Origin: Raillietiella orientalis
Taxonomy: Eukaryota
Length of the DNA: 64,000 bases
NCBI GenBank assembly: GCA_036172245.1
Contig: JAYWIR010000003.1
Span: forward strand, 682,001 to 746,000
Direction: 5' to 3'
How positions within the stretch are numbered: position 1 is the first letter of the stretch; each line of letters starts with the position of its first letter. The notes below the pieces were generated by a model. That model was given only the letters and a program-made list of their open reading frames with translations. It was not told the DNA's origin and made no database searches. Made by a program: the position numbers and the translations under genes. Below are positions 14,301 through 28,880 of this stretch, piece after piece.

Positions 14301-16662
14301 CGATGGGCTGTTTGGGCTATAGCGAATGGCGATCATAAAGTGCAGTCTAAAGTTCTCTTCAGACACTTCCGAGGTATGTAATAAACACCGCTGCCCACTC
14401 CCGAAATTGTGTCTGCGTTCATACTGAACGAAAACCTTCCGTCAGTCCACAATTTAGGATGAGGTTTGGAAAAGCCTGAATGGGAAACATCCGCGAATGC
14501 ATCTTTTAGAGTAAAGAGCGTGCACAGTCATTTAATAGAACGTTCTACTGAAACCAGTCATTGATTGACTACGCTTTGACATACGGTTGAAGAGCTTATT
14601 AAAAACAGAGACTGTTTTCCTTTTAGGGAGCTGGCAGTTTAGAACCGAGCGCAGCATTCAAAGAATTTGAATCCAGCTGGTTCGGAAACAAAACTTGAGG
14701 AGCGATTGAATAAATAAAAAAGACACGACAAATTCATTTCGTAAAAACAAATCTCTCCATTCACGGAAATAGCAACCCTGAGAGCCACCACTGTGCTTGG
14801 GTCTTGGGTGAGTCGTGTCACATCTGTGTAGAACGACTGAATTCGATTCAGTTTTCAGTCACGGAACCAAGCACTTACATCATCAGAGCTATGAGTTTCT
14901 AATGACACCAATCTTCATCATTCATCATCTCCTTCGGGAAAATAAAAGCATAATCCTCCGCATTTCTGAATACGAAATTGATTGATTTGATTAAGTAACC
15001 TTCGGCATGAGAGCTCGGTTTTATGACTATAGGAAATTTCTGCTTTCAGTTTCTAAATATTGAAGATTCATATCCATCTAATCTTGAGAGCAATCGTGAG
15101 GCAAGCACTTAAAGCACAACGAAATTTTCCTTCGCGGCTACTCATTTGGCTTCTGAAATCACCTTTTTGTCTTTTATGCTCACACATCACACCAGCCATG
15201 CCAAAAAAAATTTTTTTTTTTAAAAAAAAAAAAAACGGTTTTGATCACACTTCTCAAGTGTATGAAACAAACTTGGGAAAATCCTAGAGTTGGGAGCCTA
15301 ACTGTTCATGAAGATATCCTCGAGTTCATCAGAACCGTTTAAACATTGTGCATACAAAATGTCAGAATAGGCTGCCAACTCGAGGATTTTTCCCAGTTAG
15401 CGCTACTTGGTTGTCAAATTCGTGTTCACAAAGTCCACTGTAAATGTGAAATTCCACTCAACACCACAAGGGTTGATGAAACAAATCAACAGCATCCTGC
15501 CCACATTCACATGCTGTGTAGCTTTACAAGCAAAGACGATAAGCCTGTGTTTTCGCAGCTGGAAACTTGCCGATTAAGGATGAGGAGGCCCCGTCTTTAA
15601 ATCGAAGATAAAGTGCGTGGAGGCACGTCTTTCAGTGACAGTAGTAAACGCGAACAGTTGCTTTGTTCGAGGAAACCCGTTCAAGGGATCGAGATGCAAT
15701 GCCATGCAAAACAACCTAAAACAAACCTTCCAAAAATGGAAACCAACTCTAATCAGCCAGTAATTAAACACAAAAGGATATGTGATCGTGTGAAACAAAA
15801 AAAAAAAAAAGTGCTACAATAACGCGACGGAGACCACAGACTGTGAGGATGCCTCATAAAACAATTCGTTGCATTTTCTTTTAAAAAAACTCTGAACCTG
15901 CAGCACTTCACCGGAAGCAAAAAAGGTGCACGGTAGTTGCACCGTGTAGAGTAATTGCAGGTTCATACCTTCGCTAGAAACGAAAACAGAATTTTAATTG
16001 CTTTCGGATCACCAGAAACTGCCCACGATCCACTTTTACGAGGACCGCTTTCATTCGATTACTTACTTCCCCCCTCCTTCCTTGTGGAAACTTAAAAACA
16101 TACACGATCCATTGGATGAAATCCTAACCAGCGCTTGAATTATGGTGGTGCTGACTATAACACCCGGCAACGGTAGATTAAAAACTGGATTATAAGTTTG
16201 TTTGTTTTTGACACGATGAGGGTGCTCGGTACATGCAAAATGATGCGTCAGCTACTGAAACCACACATCATCTTGAAATCTTGTGGAAGCCCTGCAAGCG
16301 ACTTGTCCACTCGGTTTCCCGCCGTTTTCCCCGCTTCGCAAATGTCGACCTCTTCCGCAACGATCATCCACCATGCTCAAAAGTATTAAGGGAAAGCACT
16401 TGCATAGTAAGAAACATGGATTGGTTTTCTGATAAGAGCAATTACGGCAATTGCTTTTTTCCCTTCTCCCTCAGATTGTGTAAAGCTCTAGCGACTTGCT
16501 AGTTTTAAAATTCGAATTCTAAATCAGTGTTTACGATTTTCACTTGGGATCTATTAATTATTGTGTATGCTAAAGGATAAAACAGTTATTACGTACTAAC
16601 ATGCTTGAACAAGATCGACGAATTTGCAAAGATTAATATTTATACAGGGCATTTAGTTTTTG

Positions 16663-16701
<39 letters not shown>

Positions 16702-19700
16702 GAAGAAAAAACCTCATGTTCTCAAACGTTAATATTTTGTGGGCTAAGGATCACATTTTAATAACAAATACGTGATTTACGTTTACTCAATAAAACAGCA
16801 TTATTCAAATGTATTAGGAGCTTTTTACGTGACGATCATTGTCATTCTTTTCTTTCCGGACAGCGCAAATAAAGATCAACTTCCCTAATTTACATGTGTT
16901 AAACAAAACTAAACGGTCAGAACATCAAATGTGCACAAGTGTTTCCCTAAAATCATAGTAACCAACCAGAGTTTGGATACCTGCATTTTACTGTGTCAAA
17001 AAATCCTCTAAGTATGATATCATCAAGGAAGACTAAATAATCTTTCCAAATTTGAGAAGTGGCATCTGTTTCAAAAAGGATAAGATTCTCTGCTACCAAT
17101 TTGTTAATTTCATTGCTAGCATCGGATATATCCTCATATCTTTTGGAAATTTTATCTTTTCTATCGTCTAAATTCAGCAGACGGTGTTTTTTAGTTTCCT
17201 TTCTTTCAAATAATGGCGTATGAGACCATGCAGACATTATTTTTGATAGCTTCTGCACGTTTATTTGAGATTCATGCAGTTTTGTGTTCACTTTAGAAAC
17301 TAAAGCATACAGTTCTTCCAAATAATTCCATAAACCTGATGAATTCCATGTAACTTGTTCTTCTCCATGTTTGAGTCTGACATTAATCAAATCAATTTGC
17401 ACTTTTATTAATGCATATTCAACCGGTTTGCTTTCATTAGTGATCTGAAAAGAACATGCACTGTTTATGCATAAACTTCAACACAAACAAGTTTGAATCA
17501 AAGAATGAGTGCCATATTGTTTTCTTAATCTTCAGTATACAAACCTTATTGTACAACTGACAAATCAGTATTAAAATATTTTTATGTTTCCAAAATTCAT
17601 CATATCTAGCATGAAGGCTGAGCATTTCGGGAGGAAGATTTTCTTTACCAAGGAACTTCAAGTATTTGATTTCACGTAAAATCACTTCCATCTGAAAAAT
17701 GAGAAAGTTGTCACTGAAAAGCACCATCTTTAATCACTGTTGGACTTGTTCTATTTTATTAAAAGCAAAAAATATGTGATAGAATCACACCTCAGGATCA
17801 AAATTGCAGTGTACGTCATTAAGAACTGCGTCACGTCTTAAAATGGGTATATTCAATTTGTCTTGTGAAATTTTCACCACTGTTTGAACCCAATTACTGA
17901 ACATAGCAGCTTCGTGTTTTTCTATGAGGACGATTAATTTTTCTTTCTTTTGAAACACTATCATGGTTTCCATATCAGGAATGTACCTGGTATAAAAGTG
18001 CGAGAAAAGTAGAATATGCAAGAAATCTTGTATTACATGAAGAGATGCATTCATATTAACCATTTAATTTCATGTAAATGTTGTGAATGTAAATGTTGGG
18101 TAAGTCATTTGTAGGCCCTTAAATCATTTAGTGACCTCGAGGAACCCAAAAATCATTCAGTTATCTACTTTACTTTATGGGTAATTTATTTCTCTTCCAC
18201 CAACAGGAGTCTGTAACAAATAAAGACGTATTTCTGCTGTACATACGTGTGTAAAGATCAAAAATTTTACATGTGTTTTTCATTCATGTATATTGTAATG
18301 AATAGTTGAATGCAAGCTTTCACTTTTGCAATTAAAAGATTGTTGTTAACTTTCTGAAAACAATGTATGCTATTTTGCAACAATTAACTAATTCAAGATA
18401 CAAACGCTTCAATAATTTGGGCTCGTAAATTTAAGATTCGAATCTGAGCTAGAAATTCAGTCAAAGAAACTACATGCAATTTGTTCCTGTTACCTAATTA
18501 TGTCCTACATAAGATTCGGATTTTCTTACCAGTGCACACATACACCCAAATCAAAGATATGATCGTATGTACTACTTTGCAAATGTAGATCAGAACGTAA
18601 AATCCGGTAAACTGAAGGCATAAATACGATGAAAGCATTATGCTTATATTCAACATTGACCAAACGAAACAGGCTTAAATTAAAGACTCAAAAATCCAGG
18701 AAAAACACTTACTTCTCTTTCAAGTGCTCTATCTGCAAAACTGGAACAACGACTCTTTGTCTAAGTTCGTTTAACCACATCAGAGCTCCTGCCAGGGGAG
18801 GATACTGTGGGCTGATTGAAGCAAAACTGCTGTCTACATTCCCATCAAATGCAACCTTATAATTAATAAAACAGTAAGTTCAGTTATGGTATACTTTCAA
18901 GATGAATATCGTAAATTATTTCTTGAAACAATGTAAACATAATTGTATCTTGAAACTCAATAAAGTGATGGACACAAGAATTTTCAGAAAGTAGCTATCA
19001 TTATAAAGTGACTCATCAGTTAGAATGCTTTCAACCATAAATTAAATACTCACCTTTGCTTCGTCGATATCGAACTTTACCATTTCAATAATTCTTGGAT
19101 AAATACTCTCAATGTTTTTCTTTATTGCTGGTCTTTCCAGAATACTTCCAAAAATGTGATGTGTCTGAAAGAAAACAATGGGTGCAAAAACTGCAAAAAA
19201 TAACACATAAACATCAATTAGAAAGTAATTTTTTTTTTTCTGCCATTGCACAGAACAAAAACAAAATTCATAAACATGGAATTTTCAAAATTTAGTACAG
19301 CACAGATATAACCAGATCGTGAAAAGTAATTTCTCAATGAAATCCTTGTTACCACATACATACAATAAGTTAGATATAAACAATTTTTATACACATGGGC
19401 AGATTACGAGGATACAGATTGTAAATATTTGGATAAAATTTATGCCAAAAGCTGCAAGTGCAGGAGTGAAAATCTGTCTTTGGTCACTTGAGACATATAT
19501 AACGCATCCAAAAAAAAAAAAAAAAAGGCTCAAAAATAAACAGGAAATTTTTTATCATGTTTCTAATGGTTTTATTATTCTTGTTTTTACACCATGTTGT
19601 AGTGTTGAAAGATTTCATGTAAATAAGATAGTTATCAAGTTAGAAACATATTTTTAGAATGCAATGAAATAAAAAAAAAAAAGGCTGCTTACTTTAAAGG

Positions 19701-22436
19701 CCGCTTCCGAGTCTGAACAATCTTCAAATGCTTGAACTATTATAGTAGATAATCTCAAATCAAAATCGACTGTGTTTTTTTTGAAATCCTTAAAGTCATC
19801 GTCGAAATGTAAATCACTTGGCTCTAAAGCATCATATGTTATTTGAGAAAACTGGTTGTAATGTTCAAGGAATTCATTAAATATTTTGACAATTTCCGCA
19901 CTTAACATTCTTCCTCTTGCATTTCCGATTTCTACTTTTTCTAACTTAAAAAATTCCAAAGAAGTCTGAAAAAAATCCTACGGAATGTGAACACAATTGC
20001 AATTTTTAATAATCAAGTTTTATATTTAAAATACCTCAATCATCAAAAGACGTTTAATAAAATGATCAAGGCGTGTAAACACAACAGCTGAACTAAAATC
20101 CCAATGTTTGGCTGTTCCACTGTTGGGAAAGAACTCTATGACTTTTTCTTTATAAAACTCATATTTTGATTTGAAGTATCTTAAAATCTCAACAGACACT
20201 TTTACTTTTGTCAGAGAATCCTCAATCTCGCCTTGGAAAATTGACAGAGCATCGAGATAATTCTTTGCCTGAAATTTTCACATCATTTTTTTTTTTTTTA
20301 CAAAAAATCTGTTATATTTCAAAATGCCCTATCCTAGCAAATATTTAAAGCAATCCTTGTTCTCAACTTGCATCAGAAAACTAGCACTATTTACAATAAA
20401 ATTATTCTGAGGAGCACTTAAACATGTTTTTATTTAAATGAATTAAATATACAATTAGATTAGTATACAAAACTGTAATCTACATTTTTATTCCGTTAGA
20501 ATATTCAAATCTGCGGACATATTATTAATCAAGATTTTCTGTATTCATTTGTCTTAGATTCTGTGGCTTGAGTTTTAAAACTTTCGTGTTTTACACACAA
20601 AATATCAAATTTGAATTAAAATGACACTTTACATACACAGTTAATGAGAAGGTTGCAGATTTCTGTAAATAGTACTGTAACTCTGGATGTGGTACAGTAA
20701 TACTTTGAGTTGCTCCACAAAAGACAAACACAATGAAGCATGGCATCTATTAGAAGCTTTGTTTCCGAAAAATTTGCTGCTTCAATGTCTTCAAAATATT
20801 TCTGAAGTGGTTTCAGATAGAGGCATACGTCTTTAGCTTCTGCAAGAGCTGAAAGTGAAAATTTTTTTTGCATATTGCGTTTCCCGAAATTGTTTTGATT
20901 ACTGTGATTAAAAATGTAATAAGTGTTGAAAAAAAATTAACTTTGATGCTTTTTCCAAAGAATTCAAAGTTATGAAAAGTTTAAGCAATAGGATAATTCT
21001 TGGAAAACATTCAAGTAAACACTTAGTTTTGATGGTTATAGTCAAGTTTTCTCTTCTAATGAATCCTTGGACTTGTTGCCACAAAAATAGGAACAATGGA
21101 AAAGGAGCAATTCACAAATGCATTAAAACTGAATACAATTAAAAAGTAGATGCAAATTCTAAGCAATTAGTTTGAAAGTAATTAACCTTCTACGACGCTG
21201 ATGAACATCTTCCTGAATTCAGAAAAGTATGGAGATTTGGTGCGTTCTAATATCAGTGCAACTTTTCTGACTAAAGAATTCTGAAGTTGGTCATATATAA
21301 ATTGAAAATTTTCCATTCTCTCTAACCAGAAGTTTGTTTCTAAAATTGAAAATAAGGTAAAGGAGGTGCTATTTGATATATTTTGAGTTTCTAACCTACT
21401 AATGGTGTGGCACTATCATTCATATACTCAGAAGAATTCCTCTTCAGTATTCCATCAATCTGATAAACCCATTTTATTACCCAATTTTCGATGGAATTTT
21501 TAAAATCTTGGTCAACCGATTTGTAGCTAATGAATAAAATAGCATGATTGTTAACATATTATGAGCTTACTTTATAGCAGAAAGTCTTTCAGCAGTATCT
21601 ATACTTTCAGTGCTAATAGGAAGAGGAATTATGGTTTTTCCTTCAATCTGCCCTTTGATTTGTTGAACACTACCTTTCAGTTCTTCAACTTGTTTAACAA
21701 CATCTTTCACAACAACACTGGGCCAACTCACGTGGTTCAAAGGATTCGACAAGATTGGATAAAGAACCTAAAGATACATTCTACATGAACATCTGGGTTT
21801 AATGCCCTTACAGAAAAAAAATATGTTCTGGATTGTAACTCTGATATACCTTGAAAATTACACGTTTTTACAGAAATTGAGGACTAAAAAAAAAAGAAGA
21901 AAAGAAACAGCTCTCAAATTGTTAGATGCTTTATACGACCACAAAACTTCCCATAACTTGGGAACTTATTTTTATAGGGATAACATTTTGATTCTGGACC
22001 CCTACTACAATACGCACAATTATGCCTTAATTGCATTTAATAATTATGAACTACTTACTCCATTGACAAATGCATTCAACTGGTCAACAGGAGACATAGC
22101 CATATCACCAAATATTAGCTGATTTTTCACATTGTCACGAGAGATAGGTTCATTTGGAAACTTTTTGATGAAGTAAACTATTTTGTTCTTTGCATTTACT
22201 GGAAATGAAGACGTTACAAACAGAAGACCTGCTTGATTAACTGAAAACATAACACTTGACACATCTGTTTGATCAAGAAAGGAGTTCAATAAAGCTTTGC
22301 TCTCATCCGAAGAAAGTAATTTATGCCATTTTTCGGACTTCTGTTTCAGGCTTTTCAGGGTATACTCTGCAATAAACTCCAAGCGGCTATCACTTGGAAG
22401 AACTTGTTCTTGAAGTTGAGTTTGTGGAAAGGCCAT
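818..22436 (-). CDS. DNAH9: Axonemal outer-arm dynein beta heavy chain (DNAH9/11/17 family), 5' part: tail and linker, about 1,787 codons; gene continues past the left edge
   Basis: 24 GT-AG exons traced with consistent phase: 22436-22059, 21767-21571, 21526-21396, 21339-21187, 20848-20637, 20268-20035, 19977-19693, 19164-19054, 18855-18713, 17986-17791, 17691-17545, 17444-16981, 14238-14019, 13294-13043, 10853-10684, 10271-10049, 8678-8512, 5833-5668, 4779-4507, 3340-2870, 2042-1816, 1753-1624, 1286-1053, 996-818. Dynein motifs: [88 protein letters not shown]. The AAA1 P-loop is not reached in this window. The exact vertebrate paralogue cannot be resolved. Confidence 0.95.
3656..3694. repeat. 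(CAT)13 microsatellite, intronic
   Basis: Seen directly; accounts for the poly-M and poly-I ORFs. Confidence 0.95.
5281..5325. repeat. (AAT)15 microsatellite, intronic
   Basis: Seen directly; accounts for the poly-Y and poly-I ORFs. Confidence 0.95.
6840..8110 (+). mobile_element. Possible decayed LINE reverse transcriptase fragments in dynein intron 17
   Basis: [12 protein letters not shown] (about 7035-7070) resembles RT RxALWxVLxx[10 protein letters not shown] (about 7813-7836) resembles IVPIx[13 protein letters not shown] resembles LSxxFxV. No intact YADD motif seen. Confidence 0.3.
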
Positions 22437-24231
22437 TCATAAGAGAATAAATTCAAAAATTTGATTTCAAAATTAAGATTGGTTTAATTTGCAATAAGCG
22501 TACATGAAATCACAGTGTGTCGGGCATGAAGCTTCCTCACTAAATGATAGTTTGAATCGGTTGCACGTTTGATCAATACGCATTATTGATCAAACCAAAA
22601 AGCATCCCACTATAAGGGCAATCACTACATAGAAGTGCATCTCTTTTCCTAAATGATTTCCTGTATGTGTACTCTTCTGTTGTAACAATCAACCAATAAC
22701 CGTAATTTCATGGTCTCAGAGTTCTCAGTCTCAAATTGTAGTTATTCTGTGGAAGCAAAATTGGACTTTGGTAGCTCCGATAAAGAAGGCTAATTTGATA
22801 ATCTAAAAAAAGTAAGATGGTTGAAAGCTGCTTACAACCCTGGTAATTTAGCTAGACAAACACATCTGGATATATTACTTTGTAATCTTTGTCAATCATT
22901 ACCGACTCGTTCAAGTTATTTTTTATGGGGAAATTCCATTTTTCAAATATAGTACCTCAAAAGGTTTATTGGATAAATACTATGGAGCAGAAATCAAAAA
23001 CAATATGTATGAAGATGAAATACTGAAATTCTCAATAATATGCACTGAGCGTTCGACGTCCGGATTTATTTTTTACTTGAGTTAATGATTCCGGAATTAG
23101 TGTCAAACCATAGACAGCAATAAGGTTCATTGGTTTCCACTCTAATACGATACGGTGTAAAACATAATCTGTAACTGCAATTATCAGCTAGAGAAAATGA
23201 AAAGTTCGGTAAAAGAGCTTTTCTTCAATAGTTGCTGATACACTGTAATAATGTATATGTTTTCTGTCGAAGTTTAAAATTATCGACGAAAAAAACAACG
23301 CACCTCAAGCTGTTACGAGCTGTTTTTTCGGGGTTGTTTATGTATGTTTAGAATTAATTATATCGTAAGTATGACCCGTGCTTTAAAAGTGCACATTAAA
23401 TAAGAAGTCGCAGTTAACTGGTAACGGCTGGCAATGGGACCTATGTTATTAAAATTTACCGCCTGTTAAAATTTTCTTCAGTTAGAAACTTAATTCGATC
23501 CATGCATTTCGTTGTTCATGTTCGTACGGTTATAAATAGGTAACTGAATACAGAACACTGTATTTGAGAATACCGTCTTGGTACATCACGGCGTTCATGA
23601 GGAATTCAACAAATCTGGAGGTAAAAGTGATTGATTGCCAGTGTCAAATTTAATCAACAAGGTCACAACAGATGTACGAGACTTTCATTAAATCAATTTC
23701 AATAAACACTCAGGGGTTCACTCTCAATTCAATTGAATGCTCGACCCTTTCGACAACCGATGTTTTGACGTACAATTCCACGAATATGTTGTACGGATTC
23801 GTGAACTTGCTGTATACTTCTGTGTATGAAAATTCAATACATTCATAATATCAATAACCCAGAATACTCTTTTTCTCGCTAGCTGGTCAATAATTATAGC
23901 AAAACATTGCAGACAAATACGATATTGTAGATAATAAAGGATGCTTCCATTGAAACGATATGGAATTGACACCTAGAAAAATTGCTAGAAAAATTTACAT
24001 CTGGCGGATGAAACTAAAAATACACAAACAAAAGGCAAGCGATTCAGAAGAATTAAACAATTTCTTGTCTCCGTTCAACAACATTTAGTAATAATGGTTT
24101 ATAATCCTACAGATCACAAGGGAATACGTGAGTTCAAGTGGCATACTACAGAGTTGCACATCATCATAAATTCATATATTTCAATTGTACCGTCTTTAGT
24201 TTTTAGACAAGGATCATGTTGGGATTAAAAT

Positions 24232-24283
24232 GCATTGTTATACAGCATACAGTTATAATTTACTGTATGCTGTATAAAAATGC
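24232..24283. other. Near-perfect hairpin: 22-bp stem with one mismatch, 8-nt loop
   Basis: ttatacagcatacagt (24238-24253) pairs perfectly with actgtatgctgtataa (24262-24277). The stem extends with gcatt/aatgc after one mismatch. Confidence 0.85.
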
Positions 24284-24581
24284 TTACAACCACTCAGAAT
24301 CCCGATGCAAGGCTCCTAACTAATTTATATATCGTTCCTTTACCCTTCTCTTCATCAAATTCTAATTGCACTTCCATTGCAACGTAGGCATCAGTCAATT
24401 CAAATAGATCAAGTCTCTAATACTTGCAGACATGTTGCATGAGTTAAAATCCATTAAAATCTAGGAATAACTCAATGGGATTAAAAATCACGTTGAGTTA
24501 TTGTTATTTCATAACAGATCACAGTCAATGCATAAAAGTATGCAAACACAATAAAATGGCATGGCAACTTACGAACACTTT

Positions 24582-27500
24582 TTATGACTTTAGTATCTTC
24601 AGACTTCTTCCCAAATGCACTAGAAGATACAAGCACAAAGATACATAACCAAGGGAAAGTACTCCAAGAGTAATCCATATCAAAATATGCAAGGATTTAT
24701 CTTGAAAATAAGTCACTATGAAATAATTATTCACAGCAATAATCACAAATGCTAGAAAAGTAATAAGGATCTTGCTGAATCTGTATAAATAAATAATAAA
24801 TTTGTCTGATTACAGTGTAGGATTCTCACCTTCCATTCTGGAACTCGCCCATGATTTCAGAAGAACTTGTAAAAGTGAGCATTGGAAGAATTGCAAAAGG
24901 CAACTGCAAGCTCATCAAAGTATTCAGAAGATCATTCACGTCAGATAAGTTATCGATACTTGAAAAAACTGCCATCATTAAAGTTGGTAAAATAGCTACA
25001 GTTCGTGTCAAAAGGATTCGTTTCCATCTGGGCCACTCAAGATTAAGGAAACCCTAAATGTAAAAATCCATAATGCAGATTTATACCTAACTTTTCATTG
25101 TGAATTTTTAACATAGTACATAGCAGTAATAATTTACTTTCAGTACGCAAAACCTGAAGATCCAGGTAATGAATAAGATTTTCATCAAAGGGATGTCTAC
25201 AACTTAATATGAACAAAGCATCTGCTCTGTTAAGTATTAAACTAAATAAATGATTACCTTTTCTAAGATTTCACGAAATGCCGTTTGATCTTTATACTAT
25301 TTAAAAACAGTCCTGTGACAATGGAGAGTGTCTGTTTTAAAATTACTTGTGGAAATTTTCGTGCGACAATTCATGTCAATATGTGAACTGGGCTTAGAGC
25401 AGTGGCATATAAAAATGCTTGTTTCTTAGTTTTAAACTGTGAACTGAACTAATAATTCTAAACACTCGTGAGGGCACTGATTTCCTTAGGATTCCATTCC
25501 AGAAATTATAGATGGGGAAAGAAAGTTAAATCAAGTAATCAAGCAATAAAAAAAGTGAACATCGTCACTTTCTAACAATAATTGCCAATATCAGAGTAGA
25601 CTGACTAAAAAATTCTGTCTACTGTTAAAACGAACAAACAAAATTTCGACAAATAAATTTTGACTATCCAAAACATTGTTGACTAACTTCCATAACAAAC
25701 TGTCCAACGTAGGTCCCAGTCATTGTAGATGACTGCCCAGCTGCCAAAATTCCAATGGCCCAGATGTAAAGAGCAGAGTGACCAAATCGGCATCCCAGAA
25801 AAACACCTCCTTTAAATATATCTGGTTTCACTACATCTGTATTGTTCTGAAATGAAAATAAAGTTTTTCATGTGCCCTCAACTAAACAAACTGAGATTCC
25901 TGCCTATCTAATTTAATTAATACGTTAATAAATATGCAGCCCATCTACTTACTGGGAATATGTCTTGATAATCAACTTCCTGTCGAATGCAGTGCTGCAG
26001 CTACAAGAAAATTCAAAAACAATAAGATCAGATAGGATGATTCAAACTTCAAAGTTTGAAAACATGTAGAAAAGGAAACTTTCACTCTCTAAAACACCTG
26101 TTTGAATTTTCTGCACAAATCTTTCATGCCTAACAATGAATACAGATCATCAAAATTAAACTGAATAAGCAATTAAGGGATGCACATGTAAAGTTTCTTT
26201 TATATTTATTCTGAGATCACACAACAGAAAATATAATTCGCATCAGAATTTAGATGTTATAAGTATTCTGGCATTTCATAGATACAGAAAACTTGCACTC
26301 ACTGCTTCTGCATTAGTAACTCCAAATACAATTGCAGCAAAAACTGCCACAACAAAGACATTGATTATAAATGAAATTGTCAGAGCAATAGTGGATTCGA
26401 TAAAAACATAAAAATTGGCCTCTGAAACCTTGTTGCTGTTCTCACGGTCCACACTTCGTGACTGCAAAGGATTCAAATGAAGTAAATATTCAAACTGATG
26501 CAAAAGGAACACAAAAAGCTGGAAACTTACTTTCACAAGTGCTGAGTGTAGATACAAATTATGGGGCATAATTATAGCACCTATAATTCCAACAGCTACC
26601 AATAAGATATCAGCAGAACAATCTTTGCAATATGGAATAAAAAGTCCTTTCATTATTTCTATCTGCGATGGTTTGACAGTTACATACTACAGAAAAAGGC
26701 GTGATTTGCAAATAACAAAACAGTGTTTATAATCATAATAAAAAATTCCAATGATGATTATTTTTGCAAATAATAACATTAGTGGCTTCAATTAAATGAA
26801 TTTTCTTTCCATCTTAAAGCATATTAGCTACTGATCATGAATTTTTCCACAAATAGAGTAACAATAATTTAAACATTATTTCAAATAGTTCCAAGGCTAC
26901 ATAAATACGATTCACAAAAATTTGAGTAATTAACACTTGTATAAGGAACCACTAATCAATTCTTTATCAAACAAAGATCATCTTACTTCATATCCAAATG
27001 TAACTGCCATTACAGTAATTAAAAATGCAAAAAACATTTCCAATCTCCTTAAACCATACTTGTCAAGGAATAAAAAGGTAAATGTATCACACACTGTAAT
27101 AACAACACCAGCCCAAAGTGGTATTCTGAGAATAACACACTCTTTGATCATTAAATACCAGGACAAACTTACATTCGACTAGAAAGCAAATAAATTGCTA
27201 TAGCAGATCCTATTACTTCTTGCATATCACTGCCTATAATAGCAATCTCTATCATAATCCATAAAAGCAATCTGGGAACTTTTGGATAATATCTATAGCA
27301 AAGCTCTGCTAGATGCAATCCAGTCACAATGCCAAGTCGAGCAGATAATCTTTGCATTAAAAGTCCGCAAACGGTAGAAATTAACAGCACCCAAAGAAGC
27401 TATAAACAGATACAACATAAATGTGAACAGTCATTAATAAAAGAACATAATCATGTGCAACTAAGCAAAGACCAGTTGAGTAGTGTTTTAATCAAAACCA

Positions 27501-28481
27501 GATCTACTCAGCAATGCTCTCATCTTAAGTACCAACCAGCAAGAAATCCATAATAGTTAGATGGTACTGTGCTTTACAACACTGAAATGTTTACACAATA
27601 AAGCACACGGAATACTTTGGGGGATTATTGAAAAAAAAATGACGTCCAAATACACAAGTACAATTTATTCCAAATATATTACGGTGAGTCACAATATAAT
27701 AACACAGTACATATCAAATTTCAATCATCAAAAATAAAATAAAACGACAAGTTAAGGAAATTATTAGGGGTATCAGGCAACATTACGAAGCCCCATATTT
27801 AAAAACATATCAATAGCATTCAAATATAAACTTAGAATAAAGTAAATTTGTATACGAAAGTTCCACGGACCTAGCACAATAAACATACATAAAGGACTGG
27901 AAACCCAACACAATGATCATTACTACTATTTATTCAAAATAAAATTACACTAAAATACACTCTTAATCAAATAGCTTCCAAATGGTTATGAATGTCCAAA
28001 TTCAAAGAGATACTGAAATGACATCGAAATCGATTGCGTTTACATTAATGTTTTGATAATTTATGGCAAAATATATCCAAGTAACATATAATTGATTAGT
28101 CAGAAACTGAACAGGAAGTTGGGATATGCAACTATATGAAAATGATTCACGTAATTACCATATTACAAATAAATGAACTTCCACATTACCTTGAACCGAG
28201 CTATGGATCCGGATTGCAAATCTGATTCAATGTTTCCTGGGTCAAGAAAAGCTATACTCATCAAAAAGCCAGGTCCAGTGAAGGCCCATAATTTTCGAAA
28301 ACTAAACCCCTTCTTCAAGATAACAATACATTCAGAATTATAAAAAAAATCATTTAAGAATAATTACATTTGTTGACTCAGGAATCATTAACTTAGTTGA
28401 AGAATATTTATCCTTAGAAACTGATTCTTGAGGAGCAACTCCCCTCTCAGAATCAGTTGTCAAACAGCTTCCAGCAGTCAT
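24582..28481 (-). CDS. SLC11A2: NRAMP/SLC11 divalent metal transporter (Malvolio/DMT1-like), about 515 aa, complete
   Basis: 10 exons: 28481-28368, 28312-28190, 27399-27173, 27125-26987, 26686-26531, 26461-26303, 26000-25953, 25846-25688, 25053-24830, 24780-24582 (1,548 nt, in frame). Motifs: [33 protein letters not shown] (TM1 DPGN), [16 protein letters not shown] (TM6), [22 protein letters not shown] (conserved transport motif). Confidence 0.96.
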
Positions 28482-28880
28482 GTTCAACAACTTATAAAAT
28501 CATCTCTGAACTGCACAATACAATTGCACTGTTTCAAATATTTTTTTTTACTAGAAGCTTCCGAAAAAAACAAAATACTAAGTCAATCTAAATGAGTATG
28601 GCAGAACTATTCGCCACATTAATGTACACAAACAAATCAAACATCCATTTATATCCAAAAGCAACATTTTTTATTTGAAATTTAATGATGAGAATACTGT
28701 AGAAAATATTTATCACACATTTTGCAACACAAGGATCCCGATTCTTACAAACAACTGTAAACCAAAACTCAAGTTCAAGTAAAATCACAGACACCATTTC
28801 AACTAAAAATCTATTAAAGTAAAGGTTAATAGATTTTTTTTTTTTTTCATCATCAAGCTAATTGGCTTGCAACTTTCATT

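Noticed and set aside
22440..23300. RFX X-box upstream of the dynein gene
   Set aside because: Only partial GTT...AAC look-alikes (about 22680 and 23231); none fits the consensus.
22500..24581. Iron-responsive element downstream of NRAMP
   Set aside because: The minus-strand CAGTGN hexamers I found (about 23045, 23243 and 23558) lack the flanking 5-bp stem.
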